DNA of 64,000 nucleotides from Lytechinus pictus. Taxonomy: Eukaryota. The position numbers and the translations under genes are program-made. Location: assembly GCF_037042905.1 (NCBI RefSeq), contig NC_087251.1, forward strand, positions 4,466,001-4,530,000, read 5' to 3'. The notes under the pieces are model-generated. The model saw only the letters and a list, made by a program, of their open reading frames with translations. It ran no database searches and was not told where the DNA came from. This document shows, one piece after another, positions 24,528 through 38,355 of the stretch; position 1 is the stretch's first letter, and the number at the start of each line of letters is the position of its first letter.

Positions 24528-25631
24528 GTGGCCAAGATGGTATTGATTGTCGTACTCTGCTTCTTCATCTGCTGGTTCCCATTTTTCCTGGTAAGCATGT
24601 TGGGTCAATTCACAACGATTTTACACGAGGAGAACTATATTTTCACCCTTCTCTTGATTCACCTGTTTGGTTTTGCTAACTCCTTTATGAACCCTGTAAT
24701 ATATGCCTTGATGAGCCAGGCTTTCCGTAGTGGGTTTTGGTTGATACTCACCATATGCTGTCCTCAGTACCGTGATCTCGTAGCCCCAACCAACAGAAGC
24801 GGTGAGCGCCGCAGTGTTATCGCTGTTTCACAGACAGAGGTAGCTACCGAACGACAGCAGGCAAAACGCGGTTATAACCGCTTTTTCAGACGAGAGAGCA
24901 CGCAGTTCTCTGCCGTCTCTGACCAAGATGAGGATCGTATTGGAATGACCAAGATAGGGAAAGTTGGAAACAGCTCAAATAACAACAACAGAAGGGTGGC
25001 CAACAACCAGACGGTCCAGGAAGCTGAACGAAAGCAAAGGGCAGAGCGTCTTCTGCACAAGTTCCTTGACGAAGAACCTCCTAGAAAGTTGACTGATATC
25101 GAGTCAGTCATTGAAAACACCAACGGTATCGGTCAGCCAACAGAACCGAACGAGTGCGAGACGCCACTCATTGGAAATGATTATCAAGAAGACAGTTGTA
25201 AGCTAAATGGTCCTCACGTCGTGTATCGGAAGTGTGTAGCAAACCCTGTAGACATCACTGCAAATGATGCTAGCAGTCAAAAGGCCAATGAAGAAGTGAC
25301 CGGCAAGGATGGACAGGTCTATGTAAATACCGAAATTGATAAGAACATAGAGGACTTGGTATCGCAGGATGAGCTGATGAAATTTAATGCGAGTATTTCT
25401 AAGTGTGCTGCATGGAAGGCGACTAACGACTCAACATTGCAGAATGATGTTATTTTAATGATAAACGAAGATGTACCCGATGCTGAGCAGTCAAACAAGG
25501 GTAATAATGTGGGTCAAAACTCCTCAACACCCTGTGTGGAACAACTGATGGACTGTGAGCATGAAACGACATGGAACATAGCTCAAGGTTCAAATGGACT
25601 AATTCCAGATGAAGCTACAACAAAGGTATGA
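24528..25631 (+). CDS. Terminal coding exon of a rhodopsin-class (class A) neuropeptide-type GPCR (QRFP/orexin/CCK-receptor-like): TM6, ECL3, TM7, long C-tail
   Basis: Acceptor TGTGTATTTACAG|GTG in phase 0; VAKMVLIVVLCFFICWFPFF (CWxP), FGFANSFMNPVIY (NPxxY), helix 8 SQAFRSGF, CC candidate palmitoylation site; open to TGA at 25629-25631. Subfamily cannot be fixed from one exon. Confidence 0.93.
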   Translation: MAKMVLIVVLCFFICWFPFFLVSMLGQFTTILHEENYIFTLLLIHLFGFANSFMNPVIYALMSQAFRSGFWLILTICCPQYRDLVAPTNRSGERRSVIAVSQTEVATERQQAKRGYNRFFRRESTQFSAVSDQDEDRIGMTKIGKVGNSSNNNNRRVANNQTVQEAERKQRAERLLHKFLDEEPPRKLTDIESVIENTNGIGQPTEPNECETPLIGNDYQEDSCKLNGPHVVYRKCVANPVDITANDASSQKANEEVTGKDGQVYVNTEIDKNIEDLVSQDELMKFNASISKCAAWKATNDSTLQNDVILMINEDVPDAEQSNKGNNVGQNSSTPCVEQLMDCEHETTWNIAQGSNGLIPDEATTKV

Positions 25632-26557
25632 GCGGTATACCGATCAAAATAGTCCTAGAACACATATGACAAATTTACAACTTGTTGGAGTCACATTTGA
25701 CAAACATGGCGAATGATAGTCAAATGACACATAATTTACGTTTTAAAAGCACGTTAGATCCTAGATGTATTTGCAATACTGGAATTATTTCTTCAAAAGG
25801 TAAGGAGTGATGATTTTATGGAGATGATATATATTTGAAAAGCATGACACCAGAAAAGGGAGTATTTTGTATACAAACACTGTAAATATTGTTCATACGA
25901 ATTCACTTAACAAAAAAATGTTACCTGTGAAGCAGTGTCAATTTAGCGATCGTTTGATATCGGTTATTTGAGGGGAATTGTTATTTATATCTTGTGATAT
26001 TATGTCAGATTGTGTTCACTATGGTTATCCCCATTGTAAGAGTCAGCTGGCCATTCATAAATGAATGTATTTATTTTCTCCAAGGAAAAGTGCAAGAACC
26101 ACCTTGTAGACACTGAATATTCCTTGAGACAACATAAAGAAAGTTGACCACAGTGATAGAAATACCTTGCATATAGTTGTCGATCCACCATTAGAATATT
26201 GTTTTGAAATCGCCTTTATCTCATGTATAAGCAGATAAGTGAATCTTGTGGCGATTATAGTTTTATTTTAAAGGAAAGTGTTTTTTGCTTGGATTCTTAA
26301 TGATTTTTTTGCTTTCAAATTTGAATGAAATCTCCAGTTTTACTGTATTTATGATGATAACATCACATGAAAGGTCTGGAAATTTAAATTTACATTCTTA
26401 AATTCTGTATCAGATTTGACGCAGGTATTAGTCCGTTCGGGCCGCAATCCGTTCCGGGTAAAACATGACCCCAGAATTTCGTCAGATGTGACCTTTCATG
26501 GGTCAGATCTGCCCCTGACCTTATTTGTCTCACATACTATTCTCTCACAGGAGCAGA

Positions 26558-26665
26558 GCCATTTTACTTTCAATGGGTTACCGACATGGCGCAATTTCTT
26601 TTGAATCGGGCTTGCCTAACAAGGCATTACGCGCCATGTTGGTAACACATTGAAAGCGAAATGGC
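26558..26665. repeat. Inverted repeat (~35-bp arms) in the presumed GPCR 3' UTR, probably a MITE remnant
   Basis: GCCATTTTACTTTCAATGGGTTACCGACATGGCGC versus GCGCCATGTTGGTAACACATTGAAAGCGAAATGGC. Confidence 0.8.
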
Positions 26666-27037
26666 CAAACTCTGTAATAAACTGCTCTAAACCGGACGGG
26701 AGTGTAGCCCTAATAGACTGATTTCAGTACTGCCAATCTTTTAAGAATATATACATGCTTCGCGTACATTAGGATGATTCTAATTCTAATGTAATGTTTC
26801 AACAGAGAGCTTATTTAAAAGCTAAATGATCGGAAAGACAATGTGAAGAAGACAAATGTCTGAAATAGTTTAGGTAAATAGTTGTGCTTAATATCTTTTG
26901 AAAATATTATGCTGTTACTTTTGGAATAGATGTAATGAGAAATACAGACTTCCAATTTCAACTTCGTGTAATATGTGAATAGCACAATTTGCTGAAAATT
27001 TCCAAAATGTTCACACCTCAATTCCTATTAAAGTTGC

Positions 27038-27165
27038 TGTGCGGCCATTCACTTTGATATGCCAAATTAGATAGTAACCATGTGTTATTGTTTTTGCTGC
27101 CTTTGTGCGGCCATTGATCTCACTTTGATATGCCAAATTAGATAGTAACCATGTGTTATTGTTTT
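27038..27165 (+). repeat. Short direct duplication (~57-62 bp x 2)
   Basis: TGTGCGGCCATT(GATCT)CACTTTGATATGCCAAATTAGATAGTAACCATGTGTTATTGTTTT twice. Confidence 0.9.
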
Positions 27166-27483
27166 AGATGTCAGTGCCATTAAAATCCATTTGATGTGAT
27201 GATATTTAGTGCTAAGCTAGTTCCTAAGAATGTTTTTATTGTAAATATGAATTGTTTTCATGAATGTATTATGCCGCTCCAATCATTGTCTACTTTAGAG
27301 GGCACATCGGCTAAAGCATTTGGCAAATAATGACAACCGTTACGTGCTTGGTTTTGATGTCTACACAACTAACGTCAATTTGCTTGGGAAAATAGAAGAT
27401 ATAGGTTGCGAAATGAATTCCCTTATTATATAAAACTATAATTTGCCCTCTGTTGTCAAAAGTGGTGTGGCCTCTTTCCTCTT

Positions 27484-27737
27484 CACTATAAAAATATTGG
27501 GTAAAAGTGCTCCATGAGGGTAATTATGTGTCCAACCAACATTTGGCATTTCTTTTGGGCATATTTATTTATCCAGTGTGATGAAAATTTTGCCCATTCT
27601 ACAGTAATTGCTGTTTATTTTTTAACCTCACTGGACAATATGCTTCCCACATTGGGTGAAATTCCGCCCCAAATTGGTTAAACACATAATTACCCTCGTG
27701 CTGGTGAAAATTTTACCCAATATTTTTTTTTACAGTG
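27484..27737. mobile_element. CACT...AGTG palindromic MITE (CACTA-like)
   Basis: CACTATAAAAATATTGGGTAAAA...TTTTACCCAATATTTTTTTTTACAGTG; inner GAGGGTAATTATGTGT/ACACATAATTACCCTC. Confidence 0.8.
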
Positions 27738-29276
27738 TACAGGGATTTAAGCGTTCTCCAGTTCATGCTTGCTAAAAGATCGGTCAATTATTTCCCTGCA
27801 TGCTTTTTACATGCTTATTACACTATCTACTATAGTCACGAGCTAAACGCTACCTTAATAGAGTGAACAATCATTTCCATATATTTTTTTTCTTGTATAA
27901 ATTCACGTTTATAATGATCCTGTAATGAGTTAAATTTAGGATTTCCAAAGTAACCTTTGTAATTTTTGCTATTAATTGCAAATTCACGGAACATGTAAAG
28001 TAATTTTAGTGGATATGTTTTTTTTTTTAATCCTGCAAGCTATCTGAGTGTGTGATGGTATTGCAGAAAAATCGCTCTTATCATGATCAATGGTTACAAT
28101 CTACGCGAGGGTAAGTACTTCAACTAAATCTTTTATTGATTATTATCGAGAACAAACGCAAGATGATGCGATGAGGTCTAACTTGAACTCAAAGGGTTTT
28201 AATATAAAAAGGAACAAAGAGAAGACATTAATCATTAATGAAGATGAGGGAAAAACATCAAATAATGACACAGATAAAGATTTTTTGTTATTCTTTTCTT
28301 TATGCTGTGCACCACGAATTAATAATCTATTGATGCTTCATGGTAAGTAGATTACTTTAAACAGAAGAATGACTTAGAACAATAATTGTAGTATATAATT
28401 ATGGGGAAGCAGCTTCCAATTTACGTCACAAAAATGCGACTTTACATAATTCTATCCCTGTTATCTATTGAGAGATTTCGTCAAAGTTTCTCTTATTTCC
28501 CCCTTTATGTGTACCGGTTGTGACGGTCAACACACATTTTTACTGCTAATTGATGTATGAACTGAAAGAGTAGAATATTGAAACCATCTGGTGCATTTTA
28601 CATCAAGGACTTTGCATCGCATAGAAACTGGCGTTTAAAATACAATAACAATGTAGCCCTTGATAAAAATGTCTAGCGCAAGACCACTATCGCTTATACA
28701 GCCAGAAAACATCAAAACGAATATTCTATGGATAATGGTAACCATGATGTAGATTTAATAACGATGTTTAATGAGGACTAGTGTTATTGTAAATCATTGC
28801 TCCGAAAAGCGAGATTAATTCAGACTGAAAGATGGTAAGGATGTTAGGTTGAAAGAAATAAAATAGAGAAGATGTTGATTTATAAGACTGATATTTATGT
28901 CTATCGTGAACGATAACAAGACTTAATATATCAAATTATGTCTTTCTCTGTAGAAATTTAGAATAATGTGTTTTAAACGGAAGAGTGCATGATAAAGCAA
29001 TGCGTAAAATATACATCATACCGGGATAAATAAGAGTTTACATGAAAATCATGTAATATCTGGCATGAACTTCAATTAGTATTTTCTTTGGAGGATATTG
29101 AAATGTATTAATGCAATTTTGACAATGCAGTAAACCAAGCGTGGATCCGTTAAAATGTCAACGTATGCTTTGTTTGATTTTAATTGAAAGTAGCATTGCA
29201 ATCGATTGGTGCAATAGGAATGTATTTATCAAATTATTATTGTGTTCGATGTTGTTTGTATTCAGGATTTAAGTTC

Positions 29277-29282
29277 AATAAA
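29277..29282 (+). promoter_or_regulatory. Candidate polyadenylation signal of the GPCR gene
   Basis: AATAAA followed by GT-rich sequence; earlier AATAAA also exist (e.g. 26676, 28857), so the site is not unique. Confidence 0.3.
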
Positions 29283-29304
29283 ATGTCTGTGCTAAAGTGT
29301 GTAC

Positions 29305-29960
29305 ATGTATGTATGTATGTTTTCTTTATTTAAATACGGGATAAAAAACCTGCTTTCAGCCGCAAGGCTGTTTTTCAGCAAGTCCGTACATAAAAGTTGA
29401 AAAACATAAAATAATAAATTATAAATCATGCATGAACAAAATAATAACTACAAACATTTGAACAGACATAAGTTACATGATAAAAATAAAGATTTGAGAT
29501 AAGAGAATAAGAACTAAACAAGCAACAAAAAATATATATAAATATATACACATTTAAAACATAAACAAAAGTACAGTCAATATACATGATAAAAAAATGA
29601 AAACAATACAATGGTCGGAATCTCAGTCAGCAACAATTACGGATAACTAATAGGAAAGATATTTTGGATGCATTTTTTTAAAAGCCGGTAGATTTGTTTG
29701 TGTTCTTACAGATTGGGGGAGGTTATTGAATAAATGACTGGCAAGATATAAAGAGCTAATTTTCAAATAATTGGTGTGGGGTTTTGGAAGATGAATATCG
29801 ATATTTCTAAGTGAATGGTGCGTGTCCTTAATTGTAAGTTTTGAGTCTAGCACATTTGGAAGCAGATTATTTAATAATGTCTCCAATCCATAGTGTAATG
29901 TGAGATCGAAACGTTTTATATCATGTTGGAAGATTTGAGTCAAGAGGAGATAAAGACAAT
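29305..29960 (-). mobile_element. 3' fragment of an L2/CR1-group LINE
   Basis: HHSLRNIDIHLPKPHTNYLKISSLYLASHLFNNLPQSVR...AFKK is a typical ORF2 C-terminus; 3' UTR ends in AATAAA and a (CATA)n tail. Confidence 0.8.
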
Positions 29961-30117
29961 AAACGTATATGTAATGTATACCATGGTGATGTTTGGATAT
30001 AAAGGAAAAATATCAATTAACAAAACATACGCAACTGATTAATAGCAGTGTAAATATTATTCTCAAACTATGACATTAATTTTATCTATAAAAAAAAGAT
30101 GAACTTAATAAATACCA

Positions 30118-30320
30118 GTGCCGACCGCACAGGAACGTTGTTAGCCTAACAGTGCGCTAACAGTAAGCTCATTCACATCTTTCGGATTGTTAAGTCAAAA
30201 CATTTATTTCAATGTTATGCAATGCATTGTTGTAACATTAGGCATTGCTGCCACATTACCGATTGTAATAGGGCATTATGTTAGTGCACTGTTAGAGCTA
30301 ATAAGGTTTCAGTACAGATG
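30118..30320. mobile_element. Degenerate palindromic MITE
   Basis: CTAACAGTGCGCTAACA versus TGTTAGTGCACTGTTAG. Confidence 0.45.
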
Positions 30321-31409
30321 TACAAATGGAGGTGCAAAGCTATTTTATTTGCTATTATCTTATATAATATCGCATACTTTTATAACTCACAATACCCATA
30401 CACATAACTTTTATTTCTTATAACATTGTCTACTTAATAGCACTCTCAAGATTGGATTTTGCGCATAAAATTATTATTATACTCCATTGATAGGGTTAAT
30501 TAAATTGATGATAGGATACTGCACGAATATAGTAATAAGAGCATTATACCAAGTGCAATCACATTGGTTACATGTGGGTATTACAAATGGGAAATTGCAA
30601 CATAATTAAATTATTCGATATGAAATTCCAAGACATTTTGTTAAAAGTTAATGAGATTTCTACAACTAAACTTCATTGTTTAATATTACACGATATCAAT
30701 AAGTCAAATACATTGAACAATACAAATATTATATAGATAATAATAAAGGCATATACAAAAATCCGCACATACACACCTATATACACACACAGCTCACACA
30801 CATATCATGCGTTCGTTATTGTGTTATCATTATGGCAACATCAATAGCTGAAAATTACCAAACGATTGAATAAATTAGCTTGCAGGAATTATAAAAAGAC
30901 TAGCAGTTCCATGCATTGAGCAATTGAAAGTAGTTCAGTAATATTTTCCTTGAACTCACTTTTCTCAATTCAAGATATGATAAAATATTGATGACTAAAA
31001 ATTACTTTCACTTCTTAGTAATATAATGGAATTGTTCTGTCTCTAGAGTATTTATCACACATCAAAATAATGCCTGGTTTTGAGCTACTTCTGAGTTTAA
31101 GTTTTAAGATCAATATAAGATATCGTGTGGTTTATTTATAAATAATTATCCGTAACTGTATAAGTTTTTAAATCTAACGCCACTACGATATTGTTAAATG
31201 AGAACAAAACAGAACAAAACAAAACACAAGAGACCTGTGAATATATTTTTTGGACTTTGAATCTCGAACCAAAGATAAAGAAGGCCTAATAGGAAGTAAC
31301 ATTTACTCGAAAATAAGAGAAAAAACTTCTTGGATCATCATTTTTCTAAAATCATGTGTACTCATCCATTGCATTCAAACAGCCTATACGATATATACAA
31401 TTATGCACT

Positions 31410-33213
31410 GGGGTGATTCCATACGTGTCGTACGGGACATTTAGAGAACATTTGACAGTTTTTTGACAAGAAAAACAAAAAATATTCCATTAACTAAAGG
31501 TGATCATCAAGTACTACCAGAGTTTTAGGAAAACCAAGACTTAACATGACTTGAATTCACATCCTGTATAATACAGATTTAAAATAGTAATGTGTCGTAC
31601 GGACGCAGAAGAATTGGCTTTTTTAGAAACCTCATGTTTGTACTCTAAAGTCTGTGAGTTGGACAGATAATTTTCATAAAAACTGAACTCAAATTGATAT
31701 TCAATAACTCAAGAACAAACACATCTATGAAAGAAAGCAAAATAAACATTCATGAATAAATAAAGTAAATTATTATTTTCGAGAACATTGTGGCGTACGG
31801 GACACTCAATATGTGTCGTACGGGACATCTCTAAATTGAAGCCAAACTTTCTTACTTTATGTCTCTTTGACTTCTTCAATCACTTTATTTGGCTCATGAT
31901 AATGATAATCATATCAAACTGAAGACATTCATTATGTTAGAAACCGCTTTTGGCTGAATATTTCTGTCAATATATCATAAACAAAATAATGTGTCGTACG
32001 GGACACTTGTGTGTCGTACGGGACACCTGCGTGTTGAACAGGCACTTGCGTGTTGTACTGGACAGCCTGAATAAAACAATGAACTTTTTATCAATCAGAA
32101 GGGGAGCATTGCCCCTAAATTCTTCCTTTTTAATGAAAAGCCTTTTAATAAGTAGTCATTCAGGACAATATAATTAAGTAACCTCAATATATACAATCGG
32201 GAGCAATACATTATCATTTTTTCTCATGACGGGAAATGTACAATACTTCACAGCATTTTTGCGAGCTGAAAAACTTGAGGTTTTGTGTGAAGTGATATTT
32301 TAGTGAATTAATTGATGATTTCTAATACACTATTTAAACAATGAATGAATGAAACTGTTTGTGTAAATTATGGGGCTAAAATGTTATGATTTTTCATATA
32401 AAATGTATATATACATGATTTATGTCACAACTGTCACTTGTAATTCCACAAAATATCTTTTTCTAAAGAAATGCGATTCTACTTTTTCAAACCTTTCTGC
32501 ACTTTATGAAACCATATGGTTTGTCTTATTTTCCAGATTTTTTTTTGAACAACATGGGTTGTCTTATGAAAAAAGTAAGGAGTTTCAATACTGTATATAA
32601 AAAAAATTGTGATCATCAAGGGAAGTCCAAATAGATGATTGATATGTAAATATTTGTTTTACATCTTATGATAATTTCACATTAGCATGCAAGAGGAAGT
32701 CATCTTCCAGGCTAGGGTGAATCAATTATAAAGGTTATCTTTTCATGCTCAATGACAAAGAAATTAACTTGCTCTGACCAGTGAAAATCACCAGTTCAGC
32801 TGAGGGGATTCACAAAAGAATACGCCTACATGAAGTCAATTAAAATGGTTAGAATCACCTATTTCGAGTGCTATGGAGATAAAAAAAGTACTTTTTCAGT
32901 TCACTTTATGTTAAATTAATCACTTAAATTAAAATAGGCCTACTATTTATATAGTTTCTGAATCCAAATCCTGCAATTAAATGCAGTATATATTGTGTGT
33001 CGTACGGGACAACTTTTAATAGGACAATTATTGAAAAATGAAAGGCAGTAATTAGATCCTTATGGGATAAATCGATCAACCATGGGTCAAAGATAGAGAA
33101 ACTGATATTGTGAAATTGCATCATCAAAAATAAAATTGTAGGAAAAACTTTTGCATTTTCATGTGTCGTACGGGACATTGCCAAAAATAGGTGCGGAAAA
33201 ATCAGGGCTGCCC
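31410..33213 (+). mobile_element. 1.8-kb non-coding element with repeated TGTCGTACGGGACA motif, unclassified
   Basis: Motif exact at 31426, 31814, 31992, 32012, 32998 and 33164, variants at 31593, 31791 and 32051, all in the same orientation; GGG...CCC ends; end layout parallels 42218-42582. Confidence 0.6.
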
Positions 33214-33534
33214 ATATTATGGATCATGAAAATGTTGTAGATATTATTTGGAACCATCAATGATACATTATTCCATTGACCTGCAATATTTCCAATCTTC
33301 TCGTGCTTTGCCAATAATCGTTTCAGGCAGTGTTTGTACTTGACTAAATTTAATTAGCAAAATTATTGAAAATTTCCTTGTTTCCCTAAAAAAAAACTAC
33401 ATCTGACTTCACTTTGGTTAAAACTCATAATTTTCATAAAATCTAGGTATCATAGTAAAATATTACACTACTTATGACTTATTGAAAGCATGTTGAAATT
33501 TATGATATTTTTGAAGTTCTAGTGTGGAAGTTGG

Positions 33535-33861
33535 GTGATATTCTGATAGGCTTAGTTAAACCTTGGTTTAATCCTAGGCTAAAATAGAATTTTTAACCAT
33601 ATTTATATGGAATGCTGGCTTCATAAAGCTTTTTTCTATATTATTGTGGAAATTATTTTGTACCAATTAATTCATCAAAATGCATTATATTTTTGTATTT
33701 TCATATTCTTCCCATTTCACGAATCAATAATAATTTTTGATTTTTTTTTGCAGCAGGGTGAAAATGATTTTGATTGTTGAATAATATGACAACCGGCACT
33801 CCATAATAGTGTATTCTAAGTTAAACCTGGTTTAACTAAACCATGGTTATCAGAATACCAC
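33535..33861. mobile_element. MITE (Harbinger-like termini)
   Basis: GTGATATTCTGATA...TTAGTTAAACC versus GGTTTAACTAA...TATCAGAATACCAC. Confidence 0.6.
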
Positions 33862-34697
33862 TCCCTGTTACTACACAAAGGAGGTATGTCTATTATCAGT
33901 AATTGGTCTCTATTTTCTAAAACTACATCGGCTATATATACTCATTTGGTTTACAATTCATCAAAAGTTGGTCTAAACTCTACATGATCTTGGAAATCCA
34001 GTTTTCAAGATAAGAGACGAAGTGTATATCATATATTTTTAGATTTTGTTCCTTTTTTCTCTACATAGACAGCCCCAACCCTCCTTCTTCCCTCTCGAAC
34101 TTTTCTTCAGCAAAAATGGGAACCATAACATATACTGTCAGCAAAAAAAATCATATTATCCCCAGTCTTTAGACAAATTATGGGTCTTTAAAGAAATATT
34201 AATGTTTTCTGAATTTATTTCACCCTTTATTGTTCAACTATATTGATGATTGTGATAATGATAACAACAATGAGAATGATGATGATGATTAATGATAAGA
34301 TAATGTCATATTAAGAATTGCATTTAATTTAAAAAGATGCCCATCATGTAACCTGGAGGATGATTGTATATCCACCCCCTTCCATCCACTGTCTACGCAC
34401 CTGTGAGTAATCAACGGATATTTTTCAATTATACCACTATTTTATTTTGTATTTTGTCTTTAATTAATTTTGCAATTGCTTTATTCATATCTACCTAAGA
34501 TCGTAAGTTAGAAGAAAATAAAACATAAGGAACTAATTAAAGAAAGGTATTGTTAGAGTCAAACTCATGGCGTTTTCTTTCATCCAATGATCGTTACACA
34601 CACCTCATCCCAGACACTCGTTCAATCTATAAAAAAAAAACCCGCATAAAATTGTACTAATAATTCCTAGGCCTATATGTATACCGCGTGAGTACAA

Positions 34698-35545
34698 AAA
34701 CAAGTGGAACGCCTCTGGCAGTATATCGCCTACATTATGCGATTCGATATGGCAGTAGTGCTGACTTTGAAATCAGCTAATGAATAATTTATTAACAAAA
34801 GAAAAAACTCATATGATAATAAAATACTTTGTCCATTGACCCAAAATGACCTTTGACCATGACCATGTGACCCTAGACGTGTGCAAAACAATCATTCATA
34901 CTTAATTACCCTTATTACTGTTTCCTGAAAACAACTAGATTTATAAACTTTCAAAGTTAAGATGCCAATTCAGCAAATACCTCCAACGCGGCCAAAGTTC
35001 ATTGACCTTAAACGACCTTAGATATTGGTCATGTGACCTGAAACTCGCACAATATATTCAGGGATACATGGTTGCTCTTATGTCCAAGTTTCATGAACTA
35101 GATTTTTAAGTTATGATGACAATTCCACAAATACCCCATGTCCAAATTAAGTTCATTGACCCTAAGTGACCTGAAACTCAGGCAGGATCTTCAGTGATGC
35201 ACTAAATTAAGTTTCATGAACGAGATCCATATACTTTCTAAGTTATGAAGACATTTCCAAAACTTAACCTTGGTTAAAATCTCGATATTGATTCCCCCAA
35301 CATGGTCTAAGTTCATTGACCCTAAATGAGCTTTGTCCTTGGCTATGACTGTGATCTGAAACCCAGGCAGGATATTCAGTAATACTTGATTACTCTTATG
35401 TCAAAGTTTCACGAATTAGGTCCATTTACTTTTTAGGTTATGATGACATTTCAAAAACTTAACCTTGGTTAAGATTTCAATGTTGACGACACCGCCGCCG
35501 GAAAAGCGGCGCCTATAATCTCGCTCTGCTATGCATGCGAAACAA
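34698..35545 (-). mobile_element. Helentron/DINE-1-like non-autonomous element with internal tandem repeats (older copy)
   Basis: Same ends as 45895-47045 (AAACAAGTGGAACGCCTCTGG...GGAAAAGCGGCGCCTATA); degenerate CATGTGACCTGAAACTC...CCAAGTTTCATGAAC units. Confidence 0.7.
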
Positions 35546-37149
35546 TCAACTTGACCCCTCACAAATCCCTAATTAAAGGGGGGGGGGAATATGTCATGAA
35601 CTCATGATCATTATATATGGATGGAGAGAGTAGTTTCCTCCAAATAATTTGATATCATAATGTGACATGTTCAGGAGGTATTTCTTTGCAGTGGTGTAAT
35701 TTTTTTATTTGCACCAAAGTAAGAATGACTGCAATTAACGAAACCACATGTAATGTCATAATCCTACAATGATTGCATTGAAATCCATTGTAAAACAAAT
35801 TTTGACAGAAGAAGTGTTTAACAAACACTTTTTAGTATCAATTCTCAAATTAATTTAACTGTAAAGGGATTTGCAAATAATTATGTTTACTAACTCGTGT
35901 AGGATTATGACACTATTGGCAATTGGTGGCGTGGCTGGAATCGAACCTTCGACATTCATTTGTAGTCAGGCGCCTTGGACTTTTTGGTCACAACACCTTC
36001 TCACGCACCCATATTATCTCACACACTCGCCCACACACACAATCAGACTCCTATACCTTCGTATCCGCATAGCCCGTCAGACACCCACGACGACCTAAAA
36101 TTCCATTTCAAATATGACATACCAGGATTCTACGGAGCTCAATGTGAAGAATAAAAAAATCAAATCCATTGATTAAAGGATATGAATAACAATTATAAAG
36201 TGCAGGAACGCCCTAAAGATAAGTATGGTTAATATTGTAATCAATCATACGATATATTGGCAAAGCCAAAGCAAGACTTTATTTTAAGGTTATGAAGAAT
36301 GAGCAAATAAGAACGCCAGAGCCGGAGGGCAAGGATACAAAAGACATTCGAATGAGATCATATAACTATAGAAAATATCTTGGAAGCCCAACCTGATTAT
36401 TATAATGTCTGGAGTCTAAATCCTAACATCTCTTCTATACTAGATTCATTCCCCGGTACGGTCCTGGGAAGGACGAAGTAAAGTACTTATTAAAGGCCAG
36501 ACTTGCTGGGCGAGAGACAGAGATCATGCGGCTTTAGGCATGATGTGCAGTATGTTTACATGGATGGCAGAAATAAAACGTTAAAAAGAAATCTTTTGAG
36601 TGGCCATGTTAACACATTTGTTTCTATCGGCTTAAGTGAGAGGGTATAGGAGATTTGGTAAAAGAAGCCCCAAATATGGATACACGGTATCTAGGTAAGG
36701 AGAAATGAAAATGCGCTTAAAGAACTGACTGGGAAAAACATTCTAAAAATCAGAAGCCTATCAAACAAAATCTTTTTCAGAAAGTCAAAAAATATTTTTC
36801 AAGTAATGAAACAGACATGCAGGAGATTTCATGTTGTTCGATACTCGATATAGCATTTTAGGAAAATTATACTACTCCTGTCCGCGATGAATCCTAAAGG
36901 AGCATAATTTCATAGTTCTGGCATGAGAACAATATTATCAGCTTCCATTACAATCTCATCATTTTCTTAACCCCCCCCCCCCACACGCACACACGAAGCG
37001 TTTAAGGTGACATGGCTTGTTTTATTATTCTGTAGGAAGTCGTTCACATCGCTCATTATCACCATTGGATTTAATTCCGATTATTACAACTCGCCCCTAA
37101 GTATATTTTGAAGGAACTATTACGAGGAAGGTGAATGAACTGTTGATGA

Positions 37150-37290
37150 GACGAAGTACAATTCAAGGAATCGCGATAGTAAGTCGAGAAAACGAGACAT
37201 AAGTCTAGAGAATGAGTAGGTGAAACGAGTTACAAGTCGAGGGAACGAGTAGATGAAATGAGTTGTAAGTCGACAGAAAGAGTACTGAGC
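37150..37290. repeat. Degenerate ~33-bp minisatellite
   Basis: AAGTCGAG...GAGTAG(G/A)TGAAA(C/T)GAGTT repeats. Confidence 0.6.
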
Positions 37291-37783
37291 AATAAATACT
37301 AAAGTCAAACGCTCTGTATCTTTATTGAAAAGGCGTTTAGAATGTCAGTAGAAAATAATTAGTAAGACGTGACTTTAGGTAGGTTTGTTAAAATCGGAAA
37401 CAAAGAAAGTAATCACGGTTTGAAGAAAACCTATCAACGAATAACAGAAATGTTTTATATTTTGCAACCTCGCGAGTGATTTATCTCGATAAACTTCATT
37501 AACATATTCCTCTATTTTGTTATCAAAACCTATTTGACGTCAAGGCACACTTCCGCCTTTAATGTAGAGTTGATAGTCTGTTGTTGATAGGGATTGTTGT
37601 TGATAACAGAAAGTGCGTGAATATATTGAACATGCTGAAATCGAAGAAAAAATTTACAAACAAGCAGGAAGAATCTGGGAAGAACTTTCATTATAAACGA
37701 TTTACAATCATAATCTCATTTATTCCCAAGACATTCAACCTTTAAAAAACGCAAGGACGTTACAACAAATGCGGGTAACTTAA

Positions 37784-38355
37784 AGGACAAGTCCGACTCA
37801 ACAAAAAGTAGAATAAGAAGAAAAATCCATCAAGCATAACAATGAAAATTCCATCAAAATCGGATGTAAAATAAGAAAGTTATGACATTTTAAATTTTCG
37901 CTTAATTTCACAATACAGTTATAATTATGCACGTCCTGGTCGGCATGCAAATGAGGAGACTGATGATGTCATCCACTCACTATTTCTTATGTATTTTATT
38001 ATATGAAATATTCTTATTTTCTCCTCATGGCAAGTGAAACAAAGATAAAAATTCCTCCCTGGACATGTGGAATTAGCATTGTTATAATACTGCATGGTTT
38101 AGTCAAGTTACACCTTCTTGTCATATCTGTAAAAAAAGAAATATTTTATAATTCAAACAATAAAAAACAAAAGAAATGATGAGTGAGGAACATCATCGAG
38201 CAGTACGCATAACAGTTTTATGAAAAATAAGCGAAACTTTAAAATGTCATAACTTTCTTACTTTATATCCGATTTTGATGAAATTATAAGCGTTAGGCGA
38301 GTTTGATTTTTATCTATTTATTCAAATCAGCATTTCTCTGGAGTGGACTTGATCT
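37784..38355. mobile_element. Family C Kolobok-like MITE
   Basis: TTAA|AGGACAAGTCC...GTGGACTTGATCT|TTAA; colinear with the 40905 and 52321 copies. Confidence 0.9.

Noticed and set aside
31426..33177. CRISPR-like array
   Set aside because: Repeats are only 14 bp, spacing is irregular (20 to ~950 bp), context is eukaryotic, and no cas genes are present.
36150..36900. Very old CR1-like LINE remnant on - (GVPALYN-like peptide)
   Set aside because: Too degraded to support by eye.
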